Shown piece after piece: positions 20,345 through 30,105 of a stretch of 64,000 nucleotides of DNA (the first letter of the stretch is position 1; each line of letters opens with the position of its first letter). The DNA comes from an uncultured Pseudomonadota bacterium. GTDB taxonomy: Bacteria > Oederibacteriota > Muellerivitia > Muellerivitales > Muellerivitaceae. The stretch lies in contig CAVYRH010000008.1 in assembly GCA_963770835.1 (NCBI GenBank), forward strand, positions 64,001-128,000, read 5' to 3'. The position numbers were made by a program, and so were the translations under genes. The notes under the pieces are model-generated. The model saw nothing but the letters and a program-made list of their open reading frames with translations, was not told where the DNA came from and searched no databases.

Positions 20345-20595
20345 TTAAATTCCCCTTTGAACAAGCCCCTGCGGACGACTTCAACAATTCAAACATGGGA
20401 GAGGGAAAATTCGAATAGCGGCGGCAGGTTTTGAGAACCGTTGGACGACGAAATTTGAATTTAAATCGCGGCATTTCACGACGGATTGGGAGGAATTACC
20501 GGTTGCGAAAGCTTCGTAAAACCAAAGTTTAAAATTTTAGCCCCTTCGTTGCGTTTAAGGAACTTTTGCCATCATTGGCTTATACGCTTGGTTCT

Positions 20596-21492
20596 TTAGG
20601 CTGATCGCATCTCCCGGTTTAAAATCCCAGCCTTCCAGATGTCCGAATTCAAGACTCTTATGGGGCGCAGGGAAAAATTGAAGGCTTTGCTGACGGCAAG
20701 GTTTGGATTGGTGAAAACGGCAACAAACTTAAGCTTATGACTGGAAAGATTTTCGAACTTAGCCACTAAGCCGCCGCTTAAAAGTGCGTTTCGGTAATTG
20801 ATGGTGATCGGGAGTTTGGGGCGGTTATCCACCACGATTGTGGGCTTGTTTTCCACGTGTTTTGGCGGGTGCGGATGAAACATGCCCCATAACCCAACAA
20901 ACATTAAAATAACAATAATCCCTTTAACCTTTGGCGAAAGTTTGGAAAACCAATAAAAAATCCACCCGAAAACTTTATCCCTTTGAAGTAATTCCCATAC
21001 TCGAGAAAACCCGTCCATTTGTTTTTTTCGATTATCAGGCACAACATTTGTGAGGGATGGAGGGGATAAAGCGCTCTCTTCTTTCACCAGATGAAGCAAA
21101 TGATTCTCTACAATTAATTTTTCCAGTTCCAAACCATCGATCAACCTAACATTTTTTTCGAGTAGTTTCACATAATCGTGGGCACCTTTTGAAAATGATG
21201 AAGTGGTGACAAAGACACCCGTTACCGCCCTTTTACCGTGCAAAGCCCCAACGAATTTCTGGATCTCAGGGCGGCCTACGACTGTAGAGTCCCATTTCTT
21301 GGCCTGGAAGTAGACATCTCCCAATCGCAGTTTGTCCATGCGGATCCACCCATCAACGCCTCCGTCCCCGGTCTGTCCAGTTACTTCCCCCTCAATGCTG
21401 TTCTGTATGTTTTTGAGGAATTCCAAGACAAAAACTTCGAATTCTTGAGGTGAATGGCGTTTTAAGCGCTGCAGAATACTTAAACTTTCCAA
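20596..21492 (-). CDS. Mrr-type restriction endonuclease domain with C-terminal membrane anchor
   Basis: SPQEFE, GDGGVDG, YFQAKKW, VGRPEIQKFVGAL, GVFVTTSSFS, LIDG; then hydrophobic GIIVILMFVGLWGMF. Confidence 0.85.
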   Translation of the reverse strand: MESLSILQRLKRHSPQEFEVFVLEFLKNIQNSIEGEVTGQTGDGGVDGWIRMDKLRLGDVYFQAKKWDSTVVGRPEIQKFVGALHGKRAVTGVFVTTSSFSKGAHDYVKLLEKNVRLIDGLELEKLIVENHLLHLVKEESALSPPSLTNVVPDNRKKQMDGFSRVWELLQRDKVFGWIFYWFSKLSPKVKGIIVILMFVGLWGMFHPHPPKHVENKPTIVVDNRPKLPITINYRNALLSGGLVAKFENLSSHKLKFVAVFTNPNLAVSKAFNFSLRPIRVLNSDIWKAGILNREMRSA

Positions 21493-21669
21493 AATACTCT
21501 CCAGACTCTAGACGGATTGAAATGAGTTACTCGTAGTAAAGAAAGGTGCCCGGCCTCCATTTTCCATTTCGGGGCAAGCCCTCTTGATAGGTTCTGATTC
21601 TAACCCTTCCCCCGGTAATCAAGGAGCTCAACCTAATCCATTGTTCGAATTTTCAAACTTCCGTCCCCA

Positions 21670-23694
21670 TTAAAACGGTAATAATTTCTTGACGGCTTCA
21701 TCCGCGGCAGCGTTAACCCCTTGGCTGGCCGCTTTATTGAGCGCCTTGCCCACCATGTCCTCCCCTTGCGCCTTCGTAGGCGCTTGCGTTGCTACCACCA
21801 TCACGGTCACCGCTTTTTCGGACAATCCGGAGGGCGGGGCGGAGTTGTGCCCGGCGGGTAAAAGCCCCAGCTTCCCCACCAAGAACTTTTTACCGGCACC
21901 ATGCAAAACCTCCACCCTCAAGGCCACGGGCTGGGTGGTCAGTAGCAGCTCCGGCCTCTCCGGGCCGCCTTTCGCGGTAATAACCCCATGGGCCTGGTAA
22001 ACATCCGCTTGGGCCCCCACGCTTAAACAGGTGACGGATTCGGCCAACTGGAATCTTTGGATGAGGTGCCCGACGCCTATTTCCCCTATTTTATCATCCG
22101 GGTAAAAGTCCCGGTCAAAAGCATCCTTGGCGGTGCGCGTCATCGAGTGAATTATGTACTCATGCCAATCGATTATATTGTCGGGGTCAGGCATGAAGGC
22201 CTTTAGCAGGAATTGCCTCACGAATAAAGTTTCCGGGGACAACGAACGGCTGGGTATGACAGCCTGTGCGGGAGCTTCTACCGCTCCCCCGGTGCCATTC
22301 ATCGCTGTACCTTGGCTTTGGGGGGCCGAAATCGCTTCGGTTTCGGCACTCGGCTGGCCAACTTGTGGTTGGCTGCCAGGGCCGGGTGGCAGGTGGGCGG
22401 GATTGGGCATCACCTGTCCGGAATGGACAATACGGTAGGCCGCACGGGTCAACAACCGGCTGGCCATGCTTATAAGATAGCTTCCCACAATTAAAAAGAG
22501 GAACAGGGTGAAGACGATGGCCCAACCCAGGTTCTTGACACCCATGCGTTGGACCCCGGCGGTGGTTTTATTGAAGATGTGGGTGAACCACCGGGGAAAG
22601 AAACGGTTCAGGATATGGGCGGGGATGTGCTTGATCTGCTTCCAAAGAATTAAGCCAGCGACCTGAGATGCCCCTGAAGTGAGGGGGCTTGGTGTTGTGG
22701 GAGCCGGCATGGGTATCGGGGCGGTCGTAACGGCAGAACCTTCCTGGCCTTGGAGCGTTCTCTTGGCGGCCATGGCGGCGTTCCAGGCCTGGTGCCCATC
22801 CTGGATGGCCATATGAACCTCATAACCTCCCCCTCTCTTATATTTGACCTTGAACCCCGGCCCTAACTGGGGCCAATAGGCGGCATAAGGGTCTTCCGGG
22901 GTGTCTTTGGGATCCTTGGCCCCAAAGTCCTCGGGCTGGTTCCCTTTTTGGACCCATTCGACCAGCTTCTTGGCCTTTTGCTCGGTCAAATGCAGGGCCA
23001 GGACCACTTTGAGGGCTCTTTCGACCAAAAGCGGATCTTTTAGATTGGCTAAGGTCAGCAAAACATATTCGGTTATCTGATAGCTAGGTTTTGAGGTATC
23101 AGGGGGGACGTCATTTTGCTCCCCAACGGGCTCTGGGGTGGCCAGACTCTGGCCACCCCCCTCCCCCTTCGTGTCTTGCAAGTCGAGGTTCTTTTCAATT
23201 AATTCCCTGGCTGAAAGGTTAAGGGTTCCCAACACCTTCATCGCATTGTAGATTTTCGCCCTGGAAATCCCTAAGCGTCCGGCCAACTTCCTTTGGGAGG
23301 GCACCTCTTGGGCCTTAGCCTCCTCCTCAATAGCCAAATCCCAGTCCCACCAGTCCATTTCCTCCGAATCATTGTCCATGAGGGCGGCCAGGTGGGTCTC
23401 GGAGGGGGGTATAACCAGGACGATGCAGTCCAGGGTCGCCAAACCAGCCAGCTTGGCCCCGGCCAGGCGCCGGTGGCCCCCGATGAGCATGTACTCGTAG
23501 CCGGGGTTGAGGGCTATTTCTTCGGGAGTCAGGGGCCGGACCTTTGCGGGGGTTTGTTGGCCCATGTCTTTAAGGGAGTCGGCCATTTCCTGGATGGACC
23601 CCGGCTTAAAGCGCCGGCGTGGCTGGTGGGGGTTCGGCATGATCTTCTCAAGCGGGATTTGGACGATAACGGGTGCGGGCATAAGGGCCTCCAA
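21670..23694 (-). CDS. ParB/RepB/Spo0J-domain protein with a TM helix and extracytoplasmic C-terminal domain
   Basis: PNPHQPRRRF, GQQTP, IGGHRRL, HTH SQRKLAGRLGISRAKI; TM WAIVFTLFLFLIVGSYLI. Confidence 0.85.
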   Translation of the reverse strand: MEALMPAPVIVQIPLEKIMPNPHQPRRRFKPGSIQEMADSLKDMGQQTPAKVRPLTPEEIALNPGYEYMLIGGHRRLAGAKLAGLATLDCIVLVIPPSETHLAALMDNDSEEMDWWDWDLAIEEEAKAQEVPSQRKLAGRLGISRAKIYNAMKVLGTLNLSARELIEKNLDLQDTKGEGGGQSLATPEPVGEQNDVPPDTSKPSYQITEYVLLTLANLKDPLLVERALKVVLALHLTEQKAKKLVEWVQKGNQPEDFGAKDPKDTPEDPYAAYWPQLGPGFKVKYKRGGGYEVHMAIQDGHQAWNAAMAAKRTLQGQEGSAVTTAPIPMPAPTTPSPLTSGASQVAGLILWKQIKHIPAHILNRFFPRWFTHIFNKTTAGVQRMGVKNLGWAIVFTLFLFLIVGSYLISMASRLLTRAAYRIVHSGQVMPNPAHLPPGPGSQPQVGQPSAETEAISAPQSQGTAMNGTGGAVEAPAQAVIPSRSLSPETLFVRQFLLKAFMPDPDNIIDWHEYIIHSMTRTAKDAFDRDFYPDDKIGEIGVGHLIQRFQLAESVTCLSVGAQADVYQAHGVITAKGGPERPELLLTTQPVALRVEVLHGAGKKFLVGKLGLLPAGHNSAPPSGLSEKAVTVMVVATQAPTKAQGEDMVGKALNKAASQGVNAAADEAVKKLLPF

Positions 23695-23763
23695 AGAACT
23701 GCATATTTAAACTGGGGTTGACCCCATCGCGCAGGCGGCCAACCTCAAATTGGCCAGCCAAGT

Positions 23764-23786
23764 GCCGAAGCCGATTCGGCTTCGGC
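23764..23786. promoter_or_regulatory. Perfect 11-bp inverted repeat upstream of the ParB-like gene
   Basis: GCCGAAGCCGA-T-TCGGCTTCGGC; function inferred. Confidence 0.5.
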
Positions 23787-24032
23787 CAATGACGGATCAA
23801 CCAAAACCAGATTGGAAAAAGATAATCACGGAAGTTGGGGCCCGTCAATTTTGAATTTTATTTTTAGTGATTTTTAGGCGGGAGTACGGCTGGTTTGCAC
23901 TTATTTTGTCACGAAATACGGCCAACCCCTGGGTGGAATGAGCCTTTGGGCGTATAGATCGGCCCCATTCGACAAGCCCATGGCAAGCCGTCGTGGCCAA
24001 GACCCCAGGGGGGGGAAGGCTTCTGGCTGGCT

Positions 24033-24452
24033 TTAACGGATAACGGTGCCGATCCCGGCTTTGAACTGGGTCAGTCTTTTGAGGATTTCATCGCGGACTT
24101 CCCGGAAACTTTGGAGTTTTTCTTCGTCGCTGTTTTTTCCAACGCCCGGATCAGGCAAGCCCCAATGAAGGCGTTCCGCTTTCCCCAGGAAAACAGGACA
24201 GACTTCCTCGGCGCAAAGGGTGATGACGGTGTCCACGGTTGCCGGGTCGATCTCATCCACCGATTTGGAACGGTTGCCGGAAATATCAATTCCCATTTCC
24301 GCCAAGGCCTTAATGGCGAAAGGGTTTACAACGGAAGGTTTGGAACCGGCGCTTTGGATGAAGGCCTCGTTCCCATATAGGCTTTTCGCCAACCCCTCGG
24401 CCATTTGGCTCCTGGCGGAGTTAGCCACGCAAAGAAAAAGAATTTTCCTCAT
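24033..24452 (-). CDS. arsC: Thioredoxin-type (LMW-PTPase fold) arsenate reductase
   Basis: [34 protein letters not shown]. Confidence 0.92.
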   Translation of the reverse strand: MRKILFLCVANSARSQMAEGLAKSLYGNEAFIQSAGSKPSVVNPFAIKALAEMGIDISGNRSKSVDEIDPATVDTVITLCAEEVCPVFLGKAERLHWGLPDPGVGKNSDEEKLQSFREVRDEILKRLTQFKAGIGTVIR

Positions 24453-24456
24453 CTTT

Positions 24457-25557
24457 TCATTTCTCCTTATCGAACCAACCCTTGGTATTTGTACAGATGG
24501 AACAAACGGACAGCATGACCGGCACCTCCACCAGGACCCCCACCACCGTGGCTAAGGCGGCTCCGCTTCCGGGGCCGTACAGCGCTATGGCGGTGGCCAC
24601 CGCCAATTCAAAGAAGTTCGATGCCCCGATGAGGGCCCCGGGGGCGGCCACCGGATAGGGCACCCGAAAAAGCTTCATCAAACCATAGGCAAGCCCCGCG
24701 TTGAAGTAAACCTGGACCAGGATGGGAATGGCGATCAAAAACACATCCAGCCACCTGCCGGTGATGTTCTCCGCTTGGAAGGCGAAAATCAGGACCAGGG
24801 TGGCCAACAAGGCCAAAATAGTTATAGGGTGAAAAACCGGGAGGAACTTCCCGTTGAACCATTTCGCCCCCTTGTTCCGGATGAGGAACCAGCGGCTGGC
24901 GGCGCCCAAGGCAAGGGGAATGACCACGAAAATAAGAACCGAGTAGAGGAGGACTTGGAACGGCACTTCCAGGCCCGAGGCTCCCGACACCAGGAACCGG
25001 ACAATGGGGGCAAAGGCCACCAGCATGATGAGGTCGTTGACCGATACCTGGACCAGCGTATAGGCGGCGTCCCCGCCCGCCAAATAGGACCACACGAAAA
25101 CCATGGCGGTGCAGGGCGCGGCGGCCAGGATGATCAGGCCCGCCAAATATTGGTTCGCCATTTCCGGCCCCAAGAAAGGCGCGAAAAACACCTTCAAGAA
25201 AACCCACCCGAATAATGCCATGGAAAAAGGCTTGACCAGCCAATTGACGAAGAAGGTCACCAAGAGGCCCTTGGGCCTCTTTCCAACCCCCTTGAGGGAG
25301 GCGAAATCGATCTTCAGCATCATCGGGTAGATCATCAACCATATGAGAATGGCGATGGGAATGTTGATATGGCTTCCGGTTCCAAACTCCATGCCTTGCA
25401 ACGAAGTGACGAGTTGCGGAAGCAACTTGCCGATCAGGATTCCCAAGCCCATGCAAAGTACGACCCAAAGGGTGAGATAGCGTTCGAAGACGTTCATTTT
25501 GGACGATAGGCCCTGGGCGGCTATATCACGCCCGCTTGCCTTGCCTTTTTCCGTCAA
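24457..25557 (-). CDS. acr3: ACR3 arsenite efflux transporter
   Basis: [53 protein letters not shown]. Start either TTG 25557 overlapping the arsM stop or ATG 25497. Confidence 0.95.
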   Translation of the reverse strand: MTEKGKASGRDIAAQGLSSKMNVFERYLTLWVVLCMGLGILIGKLLPQLVTSLQGMEFGTGSHINIPIAILIWLMIYPMMLKIDFASLKGVGKRPKGLLVTFFVNWLVKPFSMALFGWVFLKVFFAPFLGPEMANQYLAGLIILAAAPCTAMVFVWSYLAGGDAAYTLVQVSVNDLIMLVAFAPIVRFLVSGASGLEVPFQVLLYSVLIFVVIPLALGAASRWFLIRNKGAKWFNGKFLPVFHPITILALLATLVLIFAFQAENITGRWLDVFLIAIPILVQVYFNAGLAYGLMKLFRVPYPVAAPGALIGASNFFELAVATAIALYGPGSGAALATVVGVLVEVPVMLSVCSICTNTKGWFDKEK

Positions 25558-26402
25558 GGTTTTCCACCCCAAACCGTCACGCTGAATATGCCTGCGCCCT
25601 TTGATTCCAAATCCCGAAGCTCGTTATCCGATACGTATTTCAAGAGAATTTCCCTGGGAACTTCCACCCGGCGTTCTTTTTGAACCCTTATATCCTTAAA
25701 ACCCGCTTTTTGGATCATTTCAAGGTATTCGGACCGCAGGACCGCGCCCGATACGCAACCCACGTAAAGCTCGGCTTGGGAACGAAGTTGCGGGGGTAAT
25801 TCCGCGCCCAAAACAATATCCGAAACGTTGAAATGGGCGCCGGGTTTAAGCACCCTGAATATTTCCCCGAAGGCCTTGGTTTTATCGGGAACCAAATTGA
25901 GGACGCAATTGCTGATGACCACATCCACGGAGTTATCGGCCACGGGAAGGGACTCGATTTCTCCGAATTTGAAATCGACGTTGGAGTATCCGAGTTTTTG
26001 GCTGTTCACCTTTGCTTTTTCGATCATTTGTGGGGTCATATCCACGCCCGTCACCCGGCCCCTGTCCCCGACAATGCGCCGGGCCACGAAGGCGTCATTC
26101 CCCGCCCCGCTACCCAGGTCGAGGACATGGTCGCCTTCCTTAATCCCCGCCAATTCGGTGGGCAGGCCGCAACCCAGGCCCAAGTCCGCCTCGGGTTGGT
26201 AACCCGGCAACTTGGCATAATCCTCCCCGATAAAACTGTAAGAAAATCCGCCCTTTGACTCGCCGCCCCCGCAACAGGAAGAGGCGGTTTTGGATTCTTC
26301 CATTCCACAACAGGAGGTGGGGTTGGAGGATTCGGCGATTTTGCCGTATCTTTCCCTGACAGCGGATTTGATTTTTTCGGATTCAACGTGATTTTTTTTC
26401 AT
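25554..26402 (-). CDS. arsM: Arsenite S-adenosylmethionine methyltransferase
   Basis: SCCG twice, LGLGCGLP, VLDLGSGAG, ISNCVLNL, YVGCVSGA. Confidence 0.93.
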   Translation of the reverse strand: MKKNHVESEKIKSAVRERYGKIAESSNPTSCCGMEESKTASSCCGGGESKGGFSYSFIGEDYAKLPGYQPEADLGLGCGLPTELAGIKEGDHVLDLGSGAGNDAFVARRIVGDRGRVTGVDMTPQMIEKAKVNSQKLGYSNVDFKFGEIESLPVADNSVDVVISNCVLNLVPDKTKAFGEIFRVLKPGAHFNVSDIVLGAELPPQLRSQAELYVGCVSGAVLRSEYLEMIQKAGFKDIRVQKERRVEVPREILLKYVSDNELRDLESKGAGIFSVTVWGGKP

Positions 26403-26422
26403 TACAAATACCTCCGCAAATT

Positions 26423-26863
26423 TTATCCCTTGGACTCGGCAATGGCGGGGAAACCCTTCTCGGCGACTTCCTTGAACTTCACAACAATCGCATCCCTCAC
26501 CCTGCGGAATTCCGCCAGGATTTCCGGCGTTTCCTCCTCGGTTTGAGGCGGATCGTCAAAGGGCCAGTAGAGCCGCCTAGATACGCCGGGGAAAATGGGG
26601 CAGCGTTTGTCGGCATCCGAACAGACGGTGATGATGTAGCCGAAGTAATCCCCCAGGAAATCAACTACGTCTTTCGAGAATTGGTCCGAAATATCGATCC
26701 CGATCTCCCTCATGACCTTAATGGCGTTTTTGTTGACATGAGTGGGTTCCAACCCCGCGCTTTCGACGATGAATTTTCCCTTTCCGTAATGTTTCAAGAC
26801 CCCTTCAGCCATTTGCGACCGGCAGGAATTCTTCGTGCATAGAATTAAAACTTTCTGGGCCAT
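26423..26863 (-). CDS. arsC: Second thioredoxin-type arsenate reductase
   Basis: CTKNSCRSQMAEG, VCSDADKRCP, WPFDDP; AAGGAGG RBS before ATG 26863. Confidence 0.92.
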   Translation of the reverse strand: MAQKVLILCTKNSCRSQMAEGVLKHYGKGKFIVESAGLEPTHVNKNAIKVMREIGIDISDQFSKDVVDFLGDYFGYIITVCSDADKRCPIFPGVSRRLYWPFDDPPQTEEETPEILAEFRRVRDAIVVKFKEVAEKGFPAIAESKG

Positions 26864-26873
26864 GACAGCCTCC

Positions 26874-27254
26874 TTAACTCTTTTTCTTCTCCACCCATCC
26901 ACTTAAAACCGTCTTTAACTTTTTCTTCATCCCCTGGATTTCCCTGATTTTTTCCTCGAACTCGTTGACTTTCGCGGTGAACAAATCAACCGTCAGGTCA
27001 CAGCAGGGTTCCAGGCCCTTATCCCCGCAACACATGATCTTTTTGATTTCCTTGAGCGTCAGCCCCATCTCCTGGGCTTTGCGGATGAAAACCAATTGGT
27101 CCACCGCCTCGGGGGGATAAATTCTGAAACCGCCTCCACTCCGTGTCGCTGGTTTTAACAACTCTTCTTTTTCGTAATAGCGGATGGTGTCGATGGATAT
27201 CCCGCTTTTCTTTGAAACTTCCCCTATTTGAAGGGTTGCTTTGTTGTTTTTCAT
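26874..27254 (-). CDS. MerR-family transcriptional regulator with two vicinal Cys pairs
   Basis: IGEVSKKSGISIDTIRYYEKEELL, FIRKAQEMGLTLKEI, MCCGDKGLEPCCD; start ATG 27254. Confidence 0.92.
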   Translation of the reverse strand: MKNNKATLQIGEVSKKSGISIDTIRYYEKEELLKPATRSGGGFRIYPPEAVDQLVFIRKAQEMGLTLKEIKKIMCCGDKGLEPCCDLTVDLFTAKVNEFEEKIREIQGMKKKLKTVLSGWVEKKKS

Positions 27255-27272
27255 TTTCCGCTCCAGGTTGTA

Positions 27273-27304
27273 AGTATAAATGCTGGAGTATACTCCAGGG
27301 TCAA
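27273..27304 (-). promoter_or_regulatory. MerR-type promoter with long spacer and palindromic operator
   Basis: TTGACC-(20 bp)-TATACT; the spacer holds the perfect palindrome CTGGAGTATACTCCAG (27283-27298). Confidence 0.9.
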
Positions 27305-27576
27305 GGGCCATTTTGCGTGGGTTTTTAAAGGGGTTGGGGCAAAGCCCCGGGGGGAGCGGGTGCACCCAGGCGAGGTCTGGGTACGGCACTTTGAGGATTA
27401 ACTCCAATATGGCGAAAAGTGCCGTGCCGAGGATCACCGACGGTAACCGAAGCCCACCTTCGCCAAACATCGCTACCGCTTGGCTTCTTCAGGCAGGCAA
27501 GGAGAAGGCGTTCCCCAAAAATTCTTTGGGCCTTTATTCGGATTATGGGTGGATGGTTTTATTAAACTTCCAACAC

Positions 27577-29238
27577 CTAAAGCCCATTCGGGTAAACCCG
27601 TAAATAAGCGAGATAACCGCCGGGAAGGTTCCGGACCTTGAACCCGTTCTGCGAAAGCACCCGGTTCGCGTAATAGGACCTCTGCCCCACGCGGCAATAA
27701 ACCCAGATTTCCTTATCCATCGGCAGTTCCCCTAATCGGCCCCGCAGCTCATTTAAAGGAATATTGACCGCCCCCGGCACATGCGCCGCGCCGAACTCCC
27801 CGGGGTCACGGACATCCAGGAGGACCCTGGGGGTATCCTGCCGGAGGGCTTCCCAATCCACCAATTCCAGGTCGCCCCGCATGACGTTGGAAGCGATCAT
27901 CCCGGCCACGTTGACCGGGTCCTTGGCGGCCCCAAATTGGGGCGCGTAACATAATTCGGCTTCCTCCAAATCGTAAACGGTGGCCCCCATTTGGATGGCC
28001 ATGGCGGCCACATCCACCCTTTTTTCCGCCCCCTCCTCGCCCACCGCCTGGAAACCCAGGACCTTCCCGTCCCGCCGGTCGAACAAAAGCTTGATGAAAA
28101 TAGGTTTGGCATCCGGGTAATAGGCCGCGTGGTGTCCCGGATGCAGGTAGACCTTGCCGTAGTCCTTGAACCCCGAGGCTTTGAGGGATTTTTCGTTCTC
28201 GCCGGTCATGGCGGCGGTCAGGCCGAAAAGCCCGCAAACGGCCGTGCCTTGCGTGCCCCGGAACTTCCTGGGTTTCCCGGCCAGGACATCCGCCGCGATC
28301 CTTCCCTGCCGGTTGGCGGGGCCGGCCAATGGAATCAGCATCGTCCTTCCCAGGGGGACGGATTTGATTTCCACCGCGTCGCCCACGGCGAAAATGGCGG
28401 GGTCGTTGGTGCGCATTTTATCGTCCACGTGGATGCCGCCCAGGGGGCCCAATTCCAGCCCCGCGCTTTTCGCCAGGGTGGTTTCGGGCCGGACCCCTAT
28501 CGACAAAATGACCATCCCCACCGTCAAGGAAACCCCGGATTTGGTTTTGACTGTGATCCCCCGGGGGTTCGCCTCAAATGAGGCGGCCCCGTCGTTGAGG
28601 CGCAGGTCCACTCCCTTTTGCCTCAAGTGTTCGTGGATGGGTTCCGCCATTTCGGGGTCCAGCGGGGGAATGACTTGGGAACTCAGTTCCAAAACCGAGA
28701 CTTGGAGCCCCTTGTGGACCAGGTTCTCGGCCATCTCCAGCCCCACTAGGCCGCCCCCCACCACCAGGGCGGTTTTGACGTTCTTTTCCCGGATCCAATC
28801 CCGGATGTGCCGGGAATCGGGAATGCTCCGCAAGGTGAAAAGGCCCGGCAGGTCGATTCCCGGCAGGGGTGGTTTGATGGGGTTGGCCCCCGGCGACAGC
28901 ACCAAGGCGTCGTAGGATTCGGTATAAACCCTTCCGTTGGGAAGGTCCTTCAGGGAAAGTTCTTTCTTGGAACGGTCGATGGAGAGGACCTCGGTCTCGA
29001 CTTTGACGTGGATATTGAACCTGTCCCGGAATAGGTCGGGGGTGGCCACCAAAAGCTTTTTCTCTTCGGTGATCACCTCACCCACGTAATAAGGCAGGCC
29101 GCAATTGGCAAAGGAGACGTATTTCCCGCGGTCAATGAGGAGGATTTCCAAATCCTCCCTTTGGCGCCGCAACCGGGCCGCGCAGGATGCCCCGCCCGCC
29201 ACGCCCCCCACGATGACTACTTTCCTGAGGTTATCCAT
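27577..29238 (-). CDS. CoA-disulfide/persulfide reductase with C-terminal rhodanese domain
   Basis: GGVAGGAS, SFANCGLPY, GGGLVGLEMAE, ELCYAP, LLDVR, YCRVGQRS. Confidence 0.93.
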   Translation of the reverse strand: MDNLRKVVIVGGVAGGASCAARLRRQREDLEILLIDRGKYVSFANCGLPYYVGEVITEEKKLLVATPDLFRDRFNIHVKVETEVLSIDRSKKELSLKDLPNGRVYTESYDALVLSPGANPIKPPLPGIDLPGLFTLRSIPDSRHIRDWIREKNVKTALVVGGGLVGLEMAENLVHKGLQVSVLELSSQVIPPLDPEMAEPIHEHLRQKGVDLRLNDGAASFEANPRGITVKTKSGVSLTVGMVILSIGVRPETTLAKSAGLELGPLGGIHVDDKMRTNDPAIFAVGDAVEIKSVPLGRTMLIPLAGPANRQGRIAADVLAGKPRKFRGTQGTAVCGLFGLTAAMTGENEKSLKASGFKDYGKVYLHPGHHAAYYPDAKPIFIKLLFDRRDGKVLGFQAVGEEGAEKRVDVAAMAIQMGATVYDLEEAELCYAPQFGAAKDPVNVAGMIASNVMRGDLELVDWEALRQDTPRVLLDVRDPGEFGAAHVPGAVNIPLNELRGRLGELPMDKEIWVYCRVGQRSYYANRVLSQNGFKVRNLPGGYLAYLRVYPNGL

Positions 29239-29274
29239 AGGACTCCTTGGTTTCAAAAACGGCCCCTCGGATGG

Positions 29275-29646
29275 TTATTTTGTTTCCACCGGAAGTCCGC
29301 AACGGCTCCAGGCCATGAGGCCTCCCGCGATTTGGGCCGCATCCGCGAATCCGTTGCTCTTCAGCATCCCTAAAGCCATGCCGCTGCGGTTTCCGCTTCG
29401 GCAGTAAACAATGAGGGGTTTGTTCTTGTCCATTTCTCCCAGGCGGTTCCCCAATTCTTGCAGGGGAATGAGCCTGGAACCGGCGATGCGGCCCTGCCGG
29501 TTTTCATCCGGTGTCCGCACATCCACCAATTGAGGCGGCTGTTTTCCATTCAACCGTTGATGGGCCTCTTGCGGCGTCAGGTTGGCGGACGGGTCGGAAG
29601 GACCCATCCCCAAGATGAATTTGACCATTGTAAGAAAAGTTCCCAT
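29275..29646 (-). CDS. Rhodanese-like sulfurtransferase
   Basis: LVDVRTPDE, YCRSGNRS, GGLMAW. Confidence 0.9.
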   Translation of the reverse strand: MGTFLTMVKFILGMGPSDPSANLTPQEAHQRLNGKQPPQLVDVRTPDENRQGRIAGSRLIPLQELGNRLGEMDKNKPLIVYCRSGNRSGMALGMLKSNGFADAAQIAGGLMAWSRCGLPVETK

Positions 29647-29683
29647 AAATACTCCTTGTTGTTGTTTTTAAAGCCCAGCCAAT

Positions 29684-29875
29684 TTACTTCTTGAAGGTGT
29701 TGATCTTAAAAGGCAGCCACAAGGGACAAAACCGGAAGGTTGCAGTCAAGATAGGTGCCAGCGAAATCACCCATAGGACATAACGTGCCGTCCCCCCCGC
29801 GAAGATTCCCGCGATGACCAGCGCCGCCGCTATCCCATAACGAACCGCCCGTTCGATGTTTCCGACGTTTTTCAT
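29684..29875 (-). CDS. YgaP/DUF2892 small membrane protein
   Basis: KNVGNIERAVR...FCPLW..FKINT. Confidence 0.85.
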   Translation of the reverse strand: MKNVGNIERAVRYGIAAALVIAGIFAGGTARYVLWVISLAPILTATFRFCPLWLPFKINTFKK

Positions 29876-29888
29876 GTGTTTCTCCTTT

Positions 29889-30044
29889 TTACGAATGGCT
29901 GATCAACAAACCCATGGCCACCCCGTAAAAGGTGCTGATCAATGGATTCGACGTGATGGGGCAGGCTCCCGTCGAGCAGCCCACCAAGCGGTAATAACCG
30001 AAGCCCAAAAGGCCCCCGAGGACGGCCGCGATGACGCTATGCAT
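29889..30044 (-). CDS. DUF6132-like small membrane protein
   Basis: GGLLGFGYYRLVGCSTGACPITSNP; GGGAGG RBS. Confidence 0.8.
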   Translation of the reverse strand: MHSVIAAVLGGLLGFGYYRLVGCSTGACPITSNPLISTFYGVAMGLLISHS

Positions 30045-30068
30045 AAGCTTCCTCCCTTTTATTTGTTT

Positions 30069-30084
30069 ATAAGTATTTTCTAAT
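30069..30084. promoter_or_regulatory. Second candidate ArsR-family operator
   Basis: ATAAG-N6-CTAAT followed by ATAGT, matching the site at 30412-30427. Confidence 0.55.
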
Positions 30085-30105
30085 ATAGTTTTCCAAAAAA
30101 AGGGG

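Noticed and set aside
20345..24030. Prophage or complete integrative element
   Set aside because: No integrase, relaxase, replication or structural genes recognised.
27255..27470. Extended 198-aa version of the MerR ORF
   Set aside because: The extension runs through the promoter and operator; the HTH begins right after ATG 27254.
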